A DNA stretch of 64,000 bases from an uncultured Lachnospiraceae bacterium. GTDB lineage: Bacteria > Bacillota > Clostridia > Lachnospirales > Lachnospiraceae. The first letter of the stretch is position 1; every line of letters starts with the position of its first letter. The stretch is taken from contig CARTDA010000001.1 in the NCBI GenBank assembly GCA_949066965.1, positions 33,042 to 97,041 on the forward strand, read 5' to 3'. Positions 29,621-39,663 of the stretch are shown here, one piece after another. The position numbers were made by a program, and so were the translations under genes. A model generated the notes under the pieces. It did no database searches. It saw nothing but the letters and a program-made list of their open reading frames with translations, and was not told the origin of the DNA.

Positions 29621-29640
29621 TATGACATAATGTTGTCATA
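29621..29640. promoter_or_regulatory. Palindromic operator upstream of the YafY-type regulator
   Basis: TATGACA-N6-TGTCATA. Confidence 0.6.
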
Positions 29641-29711
29641 GTTATTTTATTACAATAGACATAGGCATAAAACATATTCTGTCTGTGCGCCGCCAAAGAA
29701 AGGAGAAATCC

Positions 29712-30419
29712 GTGAAAATAGACCGCCTGGTAGCTATCATGAATTATCTGCTGCGTCACGGAAAGACTTCCGCGCAAAGGCTTGCGGAGGAGTTTGAGGT
29801 GTCACCCAGAACCATTGCAAGAGACATGGAATCGCTGGGGCAGGCAGGAATTCCGATACAATCCGCGTTTGGCGCGGACGGAGGATACAGCATTGTTGAC
29901 ACCTGTGTCATTGACAAAAAAATCATGAACCGCGAGGATTATAACCATATCATCACGGGGCTGTATGCACTGCTGAGCGTTTATAGGGATGAGGGTGTGG
30001 TACAGACCATGGATAAGGTGGGTTCCCTGTATGGGAATAAGGACTGCCCCATTCAATTGGATTTCAGCGTGGCAAATGAAAAACATGAGATTAACGAGCG
30101 GGTAAGAACCCTGGAAAAAGCGATAAGGACAATCGAAATATTTAACCGCAAAGCAGAAGATTTTCACGACAATTGTGGGATTCTTAGATTAGACCTGGGG
30201 AGCAGTGATGAGAAAAGCGAATTGATTTATGAGATTTTATCGTTGGTGACAAAGCCTTTTTATGGCTGGTTTGAGTGTCCCATGATTGCATCCAAGGCAG
30301 CCGTTTACGCAGTGGACAGGATAGAGGCGCTAAAGAAAGCCGGATATGAGAAATCGGAGAAACCATTGATTGGGAGCGGGAATATTGCTTACTATGATTA
30401 TTGGGTAAAGAGAGGTTAA
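29712..30419 (+). pseudogene. Chimeric ORF: YafY/WYL-regulator HTH N-terminus fused to an unrelated (GNAT-like) C-terminus, with no WYL domain
   Basis: KIDRL..LAEEFEVSPRTIARD..L..AGIPI..G..GGY HTH; after LEKAI there is no WYL domain; GTG start after AAGGAG. Confidence 0.6.
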
Positions 30420-30424
30420 AAAGT

Positions 30425-30973
30425 ATGAACAGAAAGATTATAAATATGAAAGATAAATATTTAGAAACATCAGCACAATTTGTAGAAGATGTTTTTACTG
30501 ATTCCGAGGGAAAAGAATCTGCAAAGATTGTGAAACAGCTTGTCCTTGAAATACGGAGCAAGCGATTTTATCTGCCAGAATTGGAATTTATTATGGTTGA
30601 TGAGGCGGATAATATTTTGGGTTACGCCATGTTTTCAAGATTTCATTTAGAAGGAAAATATGAAAACGAACTACTCCTGCTTTCACCTGTTGCAGTAAAG
30701 ACAGCGTTTCAGAGACAGCATATTTCCAAAGATATTATCGAGTATGGATTTCAGAGAGCAGTTGAAATGGGATTTAAGGCTGTCCTTGTAGAGGGAAATC
30801 CACAAAATTATAGAGCAAGGGGATTTCAAACATCCCGGGATTTTGGAATTGTTGCAGGCAGAACTCTTTCCTTGCCGGCACCAGAATGTTTAATGGTGAA
30901 AGAATTAGTTGAAGGTGCAGTGGCTCATATCAGCGGTATTGTAGAATATTCAGATTATCAATATTTGACATAG
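30425..30973 (+). CDS. GNAT N-acetyltransferase (YhbS-like)
   Basis: LLLSPVAV..FQRQHI, VLVEGNPQNY..RGF. Confidence 0.85.
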   Translation: MNRKIINMKDKYLETSAQFVEDVFTDSEGKESAKIVKQLVLEIRSKRFYLPELEFIMVDEADNILGYAMFSRFHLEGKYENELLLLSPVAVKTAFQRQHISKDIIEYGFQRAVEMGFKAVLVEGNPQNYRARGFQTSRDFGIVAGRTLSLPAPECLMVKELVEGAVAHISGIVEYSDYQYLT

Positions 30974-30993
30974 TGGAAAATTAAAAAAGAGAA

Positions 30994-31127
30994 GTAACTA
31001 TTCAGTACCTTCATAGTTATGGGCATCAAGCCATGCAAATCCACTTCGTGGAGGCTTGATGCATGGTATAATTTACGCTTTCTTACGCACTTCGCAGCAA
31101 GTGCGCAGTGCTGTACTGAACAGTTAC
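30994..31127. mobile_element. 134-bp MITE/REP-like element with terminal inverted repeats
   Basis: Ends GTAACTATTCAGTAC / GTACTGAACAGTTAC (14/15); inner GCATCAAGCC..GGCTTGATGC hairpin; inverted relative at 46750-46886. Confidence 0.72.
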
Positions 31128-31142
31128 AAGGAGAATGCATTA

Positions 31143-32015
31143 ATGAGCAATATTAAAAATTGGATTCTTGAAGATGAAACTCCAGAAGTGAAATATCGTG
31201 CAATGACAGAGCTTTTGTGTATGAAAAAAGATGACCCAGAAGTTATAAAGGCTTATAACAGTTTATTAGTTTCAGATACAGTAAGTTTGATTATGGATAA
31301 ATTCAAAACGAATAATAAATGGGAAGATATAAATGCTTTATGTATCCTTGCAGAAATTGGGTTGACACATGAAGATATTCTTATTGATGGCTACCTTGAA
31401 CGAATCATCAGGAATATGAACCGTAGTATGAAGTGTGCGAGAATATTGCTGTTAAGAAATCTGGTGTTACTCGGATATTACGAACATCCATGGGTTAAGG
31501 AACAAATATCCTTGGCTTTTTCTACAATACGTGAAGACGGCATGGTCAGATGTTTAGACAAAAGCAAGAAAAAAAATGACTCTAAGCTGCCGGATATGGG
31601 GTGCTATAGACAGACAACCACATATCTTTTATTAGCGGCAGAACTAAAAAAGATAGGTGTTGTTTTACCACAATTTGAACTTTTAACAAAGTTTTATATA
31701 AACTACCATGTCGCATTTCGCCCTGATGACTACGAAAAAGTTATCATTGAAGAAATGGCGGAAACATTTTATCCGATTGACCATGTTCACATAGGTTTAC
31801 ATATGATAATGTATGCGCTTTCGGTTCTTGGCGTGGCGAATCACCCTAATTGCGAAAAGGCTTGGGGGTTATTGGATAGCAAAAAAGATAGCGAAGGAAA
31901 ATATATACTTAGCAAGTCTTTTGATGAACCCTACTTTAATGTAGGGAAAGTGGGGAACGCTAATAAATGGGTGACATTATATGCGATGCTCTCAGAAAAA
32001 TATCGCAGGGATTAG
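31143..32015 (+). CDS. Hypothetical protein, possibly a prenyltransferase/squalene-cyclase-like alpha-barrel
   Basis: AAGGAG RBS; PEVKYR..ELL, REDG, KDSEGKY, GK.G..NKWVTL motifs; AT-rich. Confidence 0.55.
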   Translation: MSNIKNWILEDETPEVKYRAMTELLCMKKDDPEVIKAYNSLLVSDTVSLIMDKFKTNNKWEDINALCILAEIGLTHEDILIDGYLERIIRNMNRSMKCARILLLRNLVLLGYYEHPWVKEQISLAFSTIREDGMVRCLDKSKKKNDSKLPDMGCYRQTTTYLLLAAELKKIGVVLPQFELLTKFYINYHVAFRPDDYEKVIIEEMAETFYPIDHVHIGLHMIMYALSVLGVANHPNCEKAWGLLDSKKDSEGKYILSKSFDEPYFNVGKVGNANKWVTLYAMLSEKYRRD

Positions 32016-32292
32016 TGTGAAAAATAAATTTTTCACACGGCAAATTTGTGCTTGCGCCCAAATTCGCGGGCAGTGGCAAGAATGGGGGATTAATATGAGA
32101 ATGGTATGGGCTTTAGAACTCTTACATATATAGGGCAAATGAAATCAGCTTGAAAAATCAGTGAAAAATCAGTACTATATTTATGATTGATAAATACAGC
32201 AATCTATTGTATAATATTTCCAACAGAATTTGCGTAACAGTCTTAGCATTGGGCTTTCTGTTACGAATTTGCTACAGGATAAAGGGGAAACT

Positions 32293-35200
32293 ATGTACAA
32301 GGTTGTATTCATTGACACGGAGGTAAGCGTCGAAGGCAATGCCGTACTTGACTACGGCGCCGCCATAGACGGAAGTACGCACATCCACACAAGGTCGGCG
32401 AGGGCGTTTGAGGACTTTCTCGTTCAACACAGCTCCGGCAGCAGGCGGTTTCTGTGCGGGCACAATATTGTCCATCATGATGCCAGGTACATCGGGCGGC
32501 AGATGCAGGCAGCGGGGATTACCGACCTGATTGACACGCTCTACCTCTCGCCGCTGCTGTTTCCCAATAAGCCCTATCATGCCCTGCTCAAGGACGACAA
32601 ACTGCTGACCGATTCCCTGAACAATCCCTTAAATGATGCAGTCAAGGCGATGGAATTATTTTACGACGAGGTCAATGCCTTTCACGGCCTGAACGAGCTG
32701 CAAAAAGACATTTACGCGGATCTGCTTAGCCAGAAGGAAGAATTTCGCGGCTTTTTTTCTTATCTCAATTACTATCCGCGGGGGGATGCCACCTCCCTGA
32801 TTAAAAGCCTATTCTATGGAAATCTTTGCAACAACTGTGATATCGCATCCATTGCAGGACGTTATCCGGTGGAGCTTGCCTATGTGCTGGCAATGATTTC
32901 TGCAAAGGATACCACCTCCATGATACCGGGATGGGTCAGCATGAAATATCCGGCAGTCTCCAATGTCATCCGGCTGCTGCGCAATACCCCCTGCACAGAG
33001 GGCTGTCAATACTGCCGCAGCGAGCTTGATATTTACAGGCGGTTAAAGCAGATTTTCGGGTATGATGGTTTTCGGAAATACGATGGGGAAAATTTGCAGG
33101 AGATGGCGGTACAGGCGGCGGTTGACAATCAGTCCCTTCTTGCCATCTTTCCTACAGGCGGCGGAAAATCCATCACGTTCCAGCTTCCCGCACTGATGGC
33201 AGGGGAGCTTTCCAAGGCGCTGACTGTCGTGATATCGCCGTTACAGTCCCTCATGAAAGACCAGGTGGACAACCTGGAAAAGAAAGGCATTGTGGATGCC
33301 GTGACAATCAACGGGCTGCTTGGGCCGATTGAGCGGGCAGATGCCATTGAGCGTGTCGAGAATGGTCTTGCTTCCATATTATATATTGCGCCGGAGTCCC
33401 TGCGTTCCAAGACGACGGAGCGCCTGCTGATGCGGCGGACGATTGCGCGGTTCGTGATAGACGAGGCACACTGTTTTTCCGCGTGGGGGCAGGATTTCCG
33501 GGTGGACTATCTCTATATTGGTGATTTTATCCGGGAACTGCAGGAGAAAAAGCAGCTGACGCAGCGGATTCCGGTCTCGTGCTTTACGGCGACGGCAAAG
33601 CAGAAGGTCATCAGTGACATCAAGGAGTATTTCAAGGAAAAGCTGGATCTGGATCTGGCGCTCTATACTTCGGGCGCAGGCAGGAAGAATCTGCGGTATG
33701 AGGTGCTCTACAAGGAGAGTGATGAGGAGAAGTACACAACGCTTCGCTGGCTGATTGAACAGAAAAACTGCCCTGCCATCGTGTATGTGTCAAGGACAAA
33801 ACGCACGGTGGAGCTGGCGCAGAAGCTGTGTGCGGACGGCATCGCCGCGCTTGCATTCAACGGAAAGATGGACAAGGCTGAGAAACAGGCAAATCAGGAT
33901 GCCTTCATCCGCGACGAGGTGCAGGTGATGGTGGCGACCTCCGCCTTTGGAATGGGCGTGGACAAGCCAAATATCGGGCTTGTCATACACTATGACATAT
34001 CGGATTCGCTGGAAAATTATGTGCAGGAGGCAGGGCGCGCGGGCAGGGACCAGAATTTGCAGGCAGAGTGCTATGTGCTGTTTCATGACGGGGATCTGGA
34101 CAAGCATTTTATGCTGTTAAACCAGACAAAGCTGAGTATCAGCGAGATTCAGCAGGTCTGGAAGGCAATCAAGAACCTCACCAGAAACAGGCCGGAGATA
34201 CAGCGCACACCGCTGGAAATAGCGCGACAGGCGGGATGGGACGAGACCGTGGCAGACATTGAGACGCGCGTGCGGACGGCAGTGCAGGCTCTGGAGAACG
34301 CCGGCTATATCAGGCGCGGGAAAAATGTGCCGCACATCTATGCCACAAGCATTCTTGTCAAAAACATGACAGAAGCCTCGGTTCGGATAGCGGCGTCATC
34401 CAGGATGGGCGAGAAGGAGCGCCAGAATGCCAGCCGGATTATGAATATGCTGATTTCGGCAAGGAGCATAGCAACCGCGCAGAATGATGACGCGGAGTCC
34501 AGGGTGGACTATATTTCAGACAGGCTCGGCATCGAGCGGCAGGAGACGTTCAGGCTGATTCAGATTCTGCGGGAGGAAAACATTCTCGCAAACACGAAGG
34601 ATCTGACAGCCTATATCCTGAAAACGGACACAGAGAACAAGTCGCTGAATGTGCTGAAAAAGTATGCCGCTATGGAGCAGTTTCTTGTCGGTCAGCTTGA
34701 AGGCGAAGGACAGTGCATCAACCTCAAGGAATTAAATGAGAAAGCCGTCAGCAGCGGGGTGAAAAATGCGACAGTCAACGCGTTCAAGACCGTGCTTTAC
34801 TATTGGACAATCAAGAGATACATCAAAAAGAGCATCGAAAATACGACCGCAAGAACCATCATTGCCACGGAGCTTTCCCCCGGGGCATTATGGGAAGAGC
34901 GGCAGCAGTGCATTCGACTGTCCGAGTTTATTGTGAAATACTTGTTTGGGAAAAGCAGGATGACAACGCATGGCGGGGAGCAGCAGCTGGTAGAATTTTC
35001 GATTCTGGAGCTAAAGACGGAATATCTGAAATATGCGGATAAGGGACGGCTGGCACAGGAAAGCCCTGACATCACGGACAAAGCGGTTGAGGATGCGCTG
35101 TTGTATCTGTCGAAGATTGAAGCATTGAAGCTCGAGGGCGGTTTTTTGGTGCTGTACAGCGGAATGCAGATTACGCGGCTTGAGCTGGACAATAAAATCC

Positions 35201-37113
35201 GCTACAAGGCGGATGATTACAAAAGCCTGAATGAATATTACAGACAGAAGATGCAGCAGATACATATCGTGGGCGAGTTTGCAAACATGATGGTCAGAAA
35301 CTATGACGAGGCATTGCAGTTTGTAAACGAATATTTTCAGATGGATTACAAGCTGTTTATCGCCAAGTATTTTAAGGGAAACCGGAAAAATGAGATTAAC
35401 AGGAATATCACGCCTGAAAAGTATAATAAGCTTTTTTCGGAGCTGTCCGACGTACAGCGGGAAATTATTGACAATGACACGTCAAAATATATCGTGGTGG
35501 CAGCAGGACCGGGAAGCGGAAAGACAAAGGTTCTCGTACACAAGCTTGCCTCGCTTATGCTGCTCGAGGACGTGAAGCATGAACAGCTTTTGATGGTGAC
35601 ATTTTCACGGGCGGCAGCGACCGAGTTTCGCAGGCGCCTGTATGAATTAATCGGAAATGCGGCAGGATTTATAGAAATCAAAACATTTCATTCGTATTGT
35701 TTTGACCTCATCGGGCGGATGGGAAACCTCGAGGATGCCAGGACGGTTGTGCAGGATGCTTCACGGATGATTGCGAACGGCGACGTGGAAATCGGGCGCA
35801 TTACCAAGACCGTACTCGTGATTGACGAGGCGCAGGACATGGACGAGAACGAGTATGGACTTGTCAGTGCCCTGATTGAGCGCAATGATGACCTGCGCGT
35901 GATTGCGGTGGGGGATGACGACCAGAATATCTATGAGTTCCGCGGGTCGAGCTCCCATTATTTTGAGGAGTTTCTGATGCGGGACAATGCGAAAAAGTAT
36001 GAGCTGCTGGACAATTACAGAAGCGCGGGCAATATCGTGGCGTTTGCCAACCAGTTTGCGCGTCATATCTCACACCGGATGAAGAGCGCGCCGATTACTG
36101 CCGTAAAGGATGGGACGATGGGTTCGGTGGAACTGGTGCAGTGTGCCAGCAGGAATCTTGAGGAACCGGTGGTGGCAAAGGCGGTCAGGGTGCGCGACAG
36201 GGGAAGTGTGTGCATCCTCACAAACACGAACGACGAGGCGCTGCGTGTCGTCGGACTCTTAAAGAAAAAAGGTGTCCGGGCAAAGCTGATTCAGTCCAAT
36301 GACGGATTTGACCTGTACAATATGATTGAGCTGCGCTATTTTATGAAAAGAATTACAAAAGGACTCGAAACGCCCGTGATTCCGCAGGAGCGGTGGGAGG
36401 AGGCAAGGGACAGAATGGCAGCAGTCTACAAAGACAGCAGCAATCTTGCGCTGTGCCTTGCCATTCTCGATGCGTTTGCGCTGGCAAACAAACGCAGGTA
36501 CCGCTCAGACCTGGAGGTGTTTCTGCATGAGTCCGGCATCGAGGATTTTTTCAATAATGACAACCGTGACGTGGTCGTCTCCACAATGCACAAGTCAAAG
36601 GGCAGGGAGTTCGATGAGGTGGTCATGATGCTTGACCATGTCTCGTTTGACACGGACGAGCGCAAACGGCTGCTGTACGTGGGAATGACAAGGGCGAAGA
36701 AGGATTTGTATCTCTTTTATAACAACAAGGACTTTGACCGCTTTATCACAGGGAACGTGAGGGCACAGGTGGACAGCACCCTGTATGGACGACCGGAAGA
36801 AATCCTGATCCAGCTGTCGCACAAGGATGTCCATCTTGGTTTTTTCAAGGATAAGAAAGTCCTTATCCAGAAAATTGTGTGCGGTGCAAAGCTTCTGACG
36901 GGCGCATCCGGACTTTCTGTGGTACTGGATGGCAAACCAGTACAGGTAGTGCGTTTTTCCAAAAAGTTTCTGGAAGAAATCGAGAAGCATCAAAGGCAGG
37001 GATATGTGATGGAGAATGCCAGTGTGCGCTTTGTCGTCGGGTGGACGGACACGGCGGACGGGCAGGAATATCCCATCATATTGCCGGATGTGTATTTTGT
37101 CAGCAAAATATAA
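32293..37113 (+). CDS. Fusion of DEDD-like 3'-5' exonuclease, RecQ (SF2) helicase and UvrD/Rep (SF1) helicase
   Basis: FIDTE, GHNIVHHD, DTL; PTGGGKS, DEAH, TATA, ATSAFGMGVD, QEAGRAGR; AGPGSGKT, DEAQD, VGDDDQNIYEFRG, NYRS, STMHKSKGREFD, LYVGMTRAK. Confidence 0.9.
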   Translation: MYKVVFIDTEVSVEGNAVLDYGAAIDGSTHIHTRSARAFEDFLVQHSSGSRRFLCGHNIVHHDARYIGRQMQAAGITDLIDTLYLSPLLFPNKPYHALLKDDKLLTDSLNNPLNDAVKAMELFYDEVNAFHGLNELQKDIYADLLSQKEEFRGFFSYLNYYPRGDATSLIKSLFYGNLCNNCDIASIAGRYPVELAYVLAMISAKDTTSMIPGWVSMKYPAVSNVIRLLRNTPCTEGCQYCRSELDIYRRLKQIFGYDGFRKYDGENLQEMAVQAAVDNQSLLAIFPTGGGKSITFQLPALMAGELSKALTVVISPLQSLMKDQVDNLEKKGIVDAVTINGLLGPIERADAIERVENGLASILYIAPESLRSKTTERLLMRRTIARFVIDEAHCFSAWGQDFRVDYLYIGDFIRELQEKKQLTQRIPVSCFTATAKQKVISDIKEYFKEKLDLDLALYTSGAGRKNLRYEVLYKESDEEKYTTLRWLIEQKNCPAIVYVSRTKRTVELAQKLCADGIAALAFNGKMDKAEKQANQDAFIRDEVQVMVATSAFGMGVDKPNIGLVIHYDISDSLENYVQEAGRAGRDQNLQAECYVLFHDGDLDKHFMLLNQTKLSISEIQQVWKAIKNLTRNRPEIQRTPLEIARQAGWDETVADIETRVRTAVQALENAGYIRRGKNVPHIYATSILVKNMTEASVRIAASSRMGEKERQNASRIMNMLISARSIATAQNDDAESRVDYISDRLGIERQETFRLIQILREENILANTKDLTAYILKTDTENKSLNVLKKYAAMEQFLVGQLEGEGQCINLKELNEKAVSSGVKNATVNAFKTVLYYWTIKRYIKKSIENTTARTIIATELSPGALWEERQQCIRLSEFIVKYLFGKSRMTTHGGEQQLVEFSILELKTEYLKYADKGRLAQESPDITDKAVEDALLYLSKIEALKLEGGFLVLYSGMQITRLELDNKIRYKADDYKSLNEYYRQKMQQIHIVGEFANMMVRNYDEALQFVNEYFQMDYKLFIAKYFKGNRKNEINRNITPEKYNKLFSELSDVQREIIDNDTSKYIVVAAGPGSGKTKVLVHKLASLMLLEDVKHEQLLMVTFSRAAATEFRRRLYELIGNAAGFIEIKTFHSYCFDLIGRMGNLEDARTVVQDASRMIANGDVEIGRITKTVLVIDEAQDMDENEYGLVSALIERNDDLRVIAVGDDDQNIYEFRGSSSHYFEEFLMRDNAKKYELLDNYRSAGNIVAFANQFARHISHRMKSAPITAVKDGTMGSVELVQCASRNLEEPVVAKAVRVRDRGSVCILTNTNDEALRVVGLLKKKGVRAKLIQSNDGFDLYNMIELRYFMKRITKGLETPVIPQERWEEARDRMAAVYKDSSNLALCLAILDAFALANKRRYRSDLEVFLHESGIEDFFNNDNRDVVVSTMHKSKGREFDEVVMMLDHVSFDTDERKRLLYVGMTRAKKDLYLFYNNKDFDRFITGNVRAQVDSTLYGRPEEILIQLSHKDVHLGFFKDKKVLIQKIVCGAKLLTGASGLSVVLDGKPVQVVRFSKKFLEEIEKHQRQGYVMENASVRFVVGWTDTADGQEYPIILPDVYFVSKI

Positions 37114-37144
37114 CGGTTCTCTGCGGCAGCCGGTCATGCGCCGC

Positions 37145-38002
37145 CTATTCCTGCGGCAGGGAATGATGCTCATACCGCCACTGCCGGGGCGAGACACCAT
37201 AGACGTTCTTAAAGGCGCGCGAAAAGTGCAGCTGGTTGGGGTAACCGACGGCATTGCTGATGTCGGCTATTGACAGGTTTGTCAGCTTCAGAAGCTCCGC
37301 CGCCTTTGTCATGCGGTAGGAAATCAGAAATTCCTGCGGCGACTTTCCCATGTTTTCATGAAAGATTTTTCCGAAATAGCTCCGGTTTAAGCCACAGGAT
37401 GCCGCGATATCCTCAACGGAAATGGCATTCTGAAAATTCTGCTCGATAAAGGTGACAGCCTCGCGGATATAGAAATCGCGCAGCCCGTTTCCGCTGTTAA
37501 GCTTCGTCAGGCTGCACGAGCGCACGAGGCTGTCAATAAACAGATAGAGATGACCAATCAGGTGAAAGGGAGATTCCTCCCGATGGTTGACAATATAGAG
37601 CATCTCGGATTTCATCAAATCCGCCAAATCCTTATAGCGCGCCTTGTAAACTGGCTGATCCACACTCAGCCCGGTCAGCTCGATGGTCTCCTTTGCGCGC
37701 AGTCCGTCAAACTCAATCCACACGTATTCCCACGGAATCTCATGGTCAGCAATATACATGTTAATCTGGTTTGGAAAGCACATAAACCCCTGTCCGCTCT
37801 TGACAGAATATGGGATGGATTCACCCTTTGCATTGTTGCCATACAAAATGCCGGTGCCGGAAATACAGTAGTGAAACAGATAGTGGTTTCGCGCTGCGGG
37901 GCCAAATGAGTGTGATGGGTCGCATTTCTCCCAGCCAAACTGGTACAGTCCTAAATCAATAAAATTCTCACTTGGAAATACAGAAAAAATCACTTCACTC
38001 AT
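37145..38002 (-). CDS. AraC family regulator (MsmR-like), divergent from the msm/aga operon
   Basis: N-terminal cupin (HSFGP..HYLFHY) and C-terminal VGY.NQLHFSRAFK..G.SP. Confidence 0.9.
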   Translation of the reverse strand: MSEVIFSVFPSENFIDLGLYQFGWEKCDPSHSFGPAARNHYLFHYCISGTGILYGNNAKGESIPYSVKSGQGFMCFPNQINMYIADHEIPWEYVWIEFDGLRAKETIELTGLSVDQPVYKARYKDLADLMKSEMLYIVNHREESPFHLIGHLYLFIDSLVRSCSLTKLNSGNGLRDFYIREAVTFIEQNFQNAISVEDIAASCGLNRSYFGKIFHENMGKSPQEFLISYRMTKAAELLKLTNLSIADISNAVGYPNQLHFSRAFKNVYGVSPRQWRYEHHSLPQE

Positions 38003-38025
38003 AATGAAAATTCCTTTCTCATAAT

Positions 38026-38152
38026 TTATAGTAAACGACAAAAGTGCATGTCGTTTACTATAATTGATGCACACGACCGCATAAGGAAATTAGTCGCTTT
38101 GCGACATGCGGTCGGCGCAAGTAAACGCAAATAATATTTGCGTTTACTATAA
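38026..38152. repeat. Three-hairpin intergenic element bounded by TTATAGTAAAC...GTTTACTATAA
   Basis: Perfect 15-bp inverted repeat 38026-38063; CGACCGCAT..ATGCGGTCG stem with an inner GTCGC/GCGAC hairpin; 14-bp inverted repeat 38120-38148. Confidence 0.65.
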
Positions 38153-38364
38153 TATATGGCAATGTGTTCAACTCATTTTTCACGAAACAAGGATTGATAT
38201 ACAGAATATACAATCTTAAATTAGTATATACCAAAATGCTAGATGACTTCAAGATAAATTTGATTAAGCGGCATTAAGGTATAAAATAAGCAAAATGATG
38301 CAATTTACGATAGCATTAAGGCATGTTAAACTATATTTATCAAGAAAAAGGAGGATAAAACAGA

Positions 38365-39645
38365 ATGAAAGGAAAAGCAGTAAGGCACTTAGGAATAGCA
38401 TTATGCTGTATCGCGGCAGCGGCGGGCGTTCAGGGCTGTGCAGCTTCGAACGACAGCGGCAAGACAAAAATTGAGATTGTCCAGTACAAGCCGGAAGCGG
38501 CAAGCTACTTCGCGATGGTGGAAGAAAAATTCAACGCGCAGCATGATGACATCCAGTTGAAAATCAGTTCTCCCAATGACGCGATGACCATTTTGAAAAC
38601 ACGGTTTATCCGCGAGGACTATCCCGACATCATAGGAATCGGAGGGGATATCAACTACTCCTATTTCGTGGATGCGGAAATATTGGCGGACGTTTCGGAC
38701 TATGCGGGCATGCAGGACATCAAGCAGGCATACCGCGATATTGACGAGGCGTTGGAGCTGGTTCCGACAGATGGTACATATGCGGTTCCCTATGTGGCAA
38801 ACGCGGCGGGCGTGCTGTACAACAGGACAATGTTTGAGGAGCACGGCTGGCAGATTCCGCAGACCTGGGCGGAAATGGAGGCGCTTTGCACACAGATTCA
38901 GTCGGAGGGAATCCTGCCGTTTTACTTTGGGTTCAAGGATACGTGGACGTGTCTTGCACCGTGGAATGCGATGGCAGTCAGCCTTGCGCCTGCCGATGTG
39001 ACAAAGCAGGTAAACAGGGGGGAGACGAACTTTGCAAAAGAGTACCGCGAGGTGTCGGAGAAATATCTTGAACTTTTGCAGTACAGTGTGGAAGACCCGT
39101 TTGCGTACAGCTACAATGACGCCTGCACGGCATTTGCCCGCGGTGAGGCGGCGATGTATCCCATCGGAAGCTACGCGATTCCACAGATTTTGTCGGTCAA
39201 TCCTGATTTGAATATTGACTCGTTCGTGATGCCTGCAAATGACGATGCGGCAAAAAATACGCTCAACTCCGGCATTGACCTTCAGTTCTGCGTGATGGCG
39301 GACTGCAAGAACAAGGAGGCTGCATACAAGGTTCTGGACTTCCTGCTTGCGGAGGAAAATCTCCAGCAGTACATCGACGCGCAGATTGCGATTCCCTGCA
39401 AGGAGGGCAATTTCACGCTGTCTCCCATGCTGGACGGCATGAACCAGCACATTGCAGAGGGCAGGATGACGGACTACCAGGATCACTACTATCCGTCGGA
39501 GATGGCAGTCGATGCACAGATTCAGACGTTCCTGATTCAGAAGGATGTGGACGCATTTTTACAGAAATTTGACACGGACTGGCTGCGCTACAACAGGGAC
39601 ATCATCCGTCTGGTACAGGAATACGAAAAAACGCATGGAAATTAA
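38365..39645 (+). CDS. msmE: Carbohydrate ABC transporter substrate-binding lipoprotein (MsmE-like)
   Basis: Lipobox VQGC, YAVPY, LYN..MF, FARGEAAM; alpha-galactosidase context. Confidence 0.85.
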   Translation: MKGKAVRHLGIALCCIAAAAGVQGCAASNDSGKTKIEIVQYKPEAASYFAMVEEKFNAQHDDIQLKISSPNDAMTILKTRFIREDYPDIIGIGGDINYSYFVDAEILADVSDYAGMQDIKQAYRDIDEALELVPTDGTYAVPYVANAAGVLYNRTMFEEHGWQIPQTWAEMEALCTQIQSEGILPFYFGFKDTWTCLAPWNAMAVSLAPADVTKQVNRGETNFAKEYREVSEKYLELLQYSVEDPFAYSYNDACTAFARGEAAMYPIGSYAIPQILSVNPDLNIDSFVMPANDDAAKNTLNSGIDLQFCVMADCKNKEAAYKVLDFLLAEENLQQYIDAQIAIPCKEGNFTLSPMLDGMNQHIAEGRMTDYQDHYYPSEMAVDAQIQTFLIQKDVDAFLQKFDTDWLRYNRDIIRLVQEYEKTHGN

Positions 39646-39663
39646 GAGAAGGGGTGTGGGACT

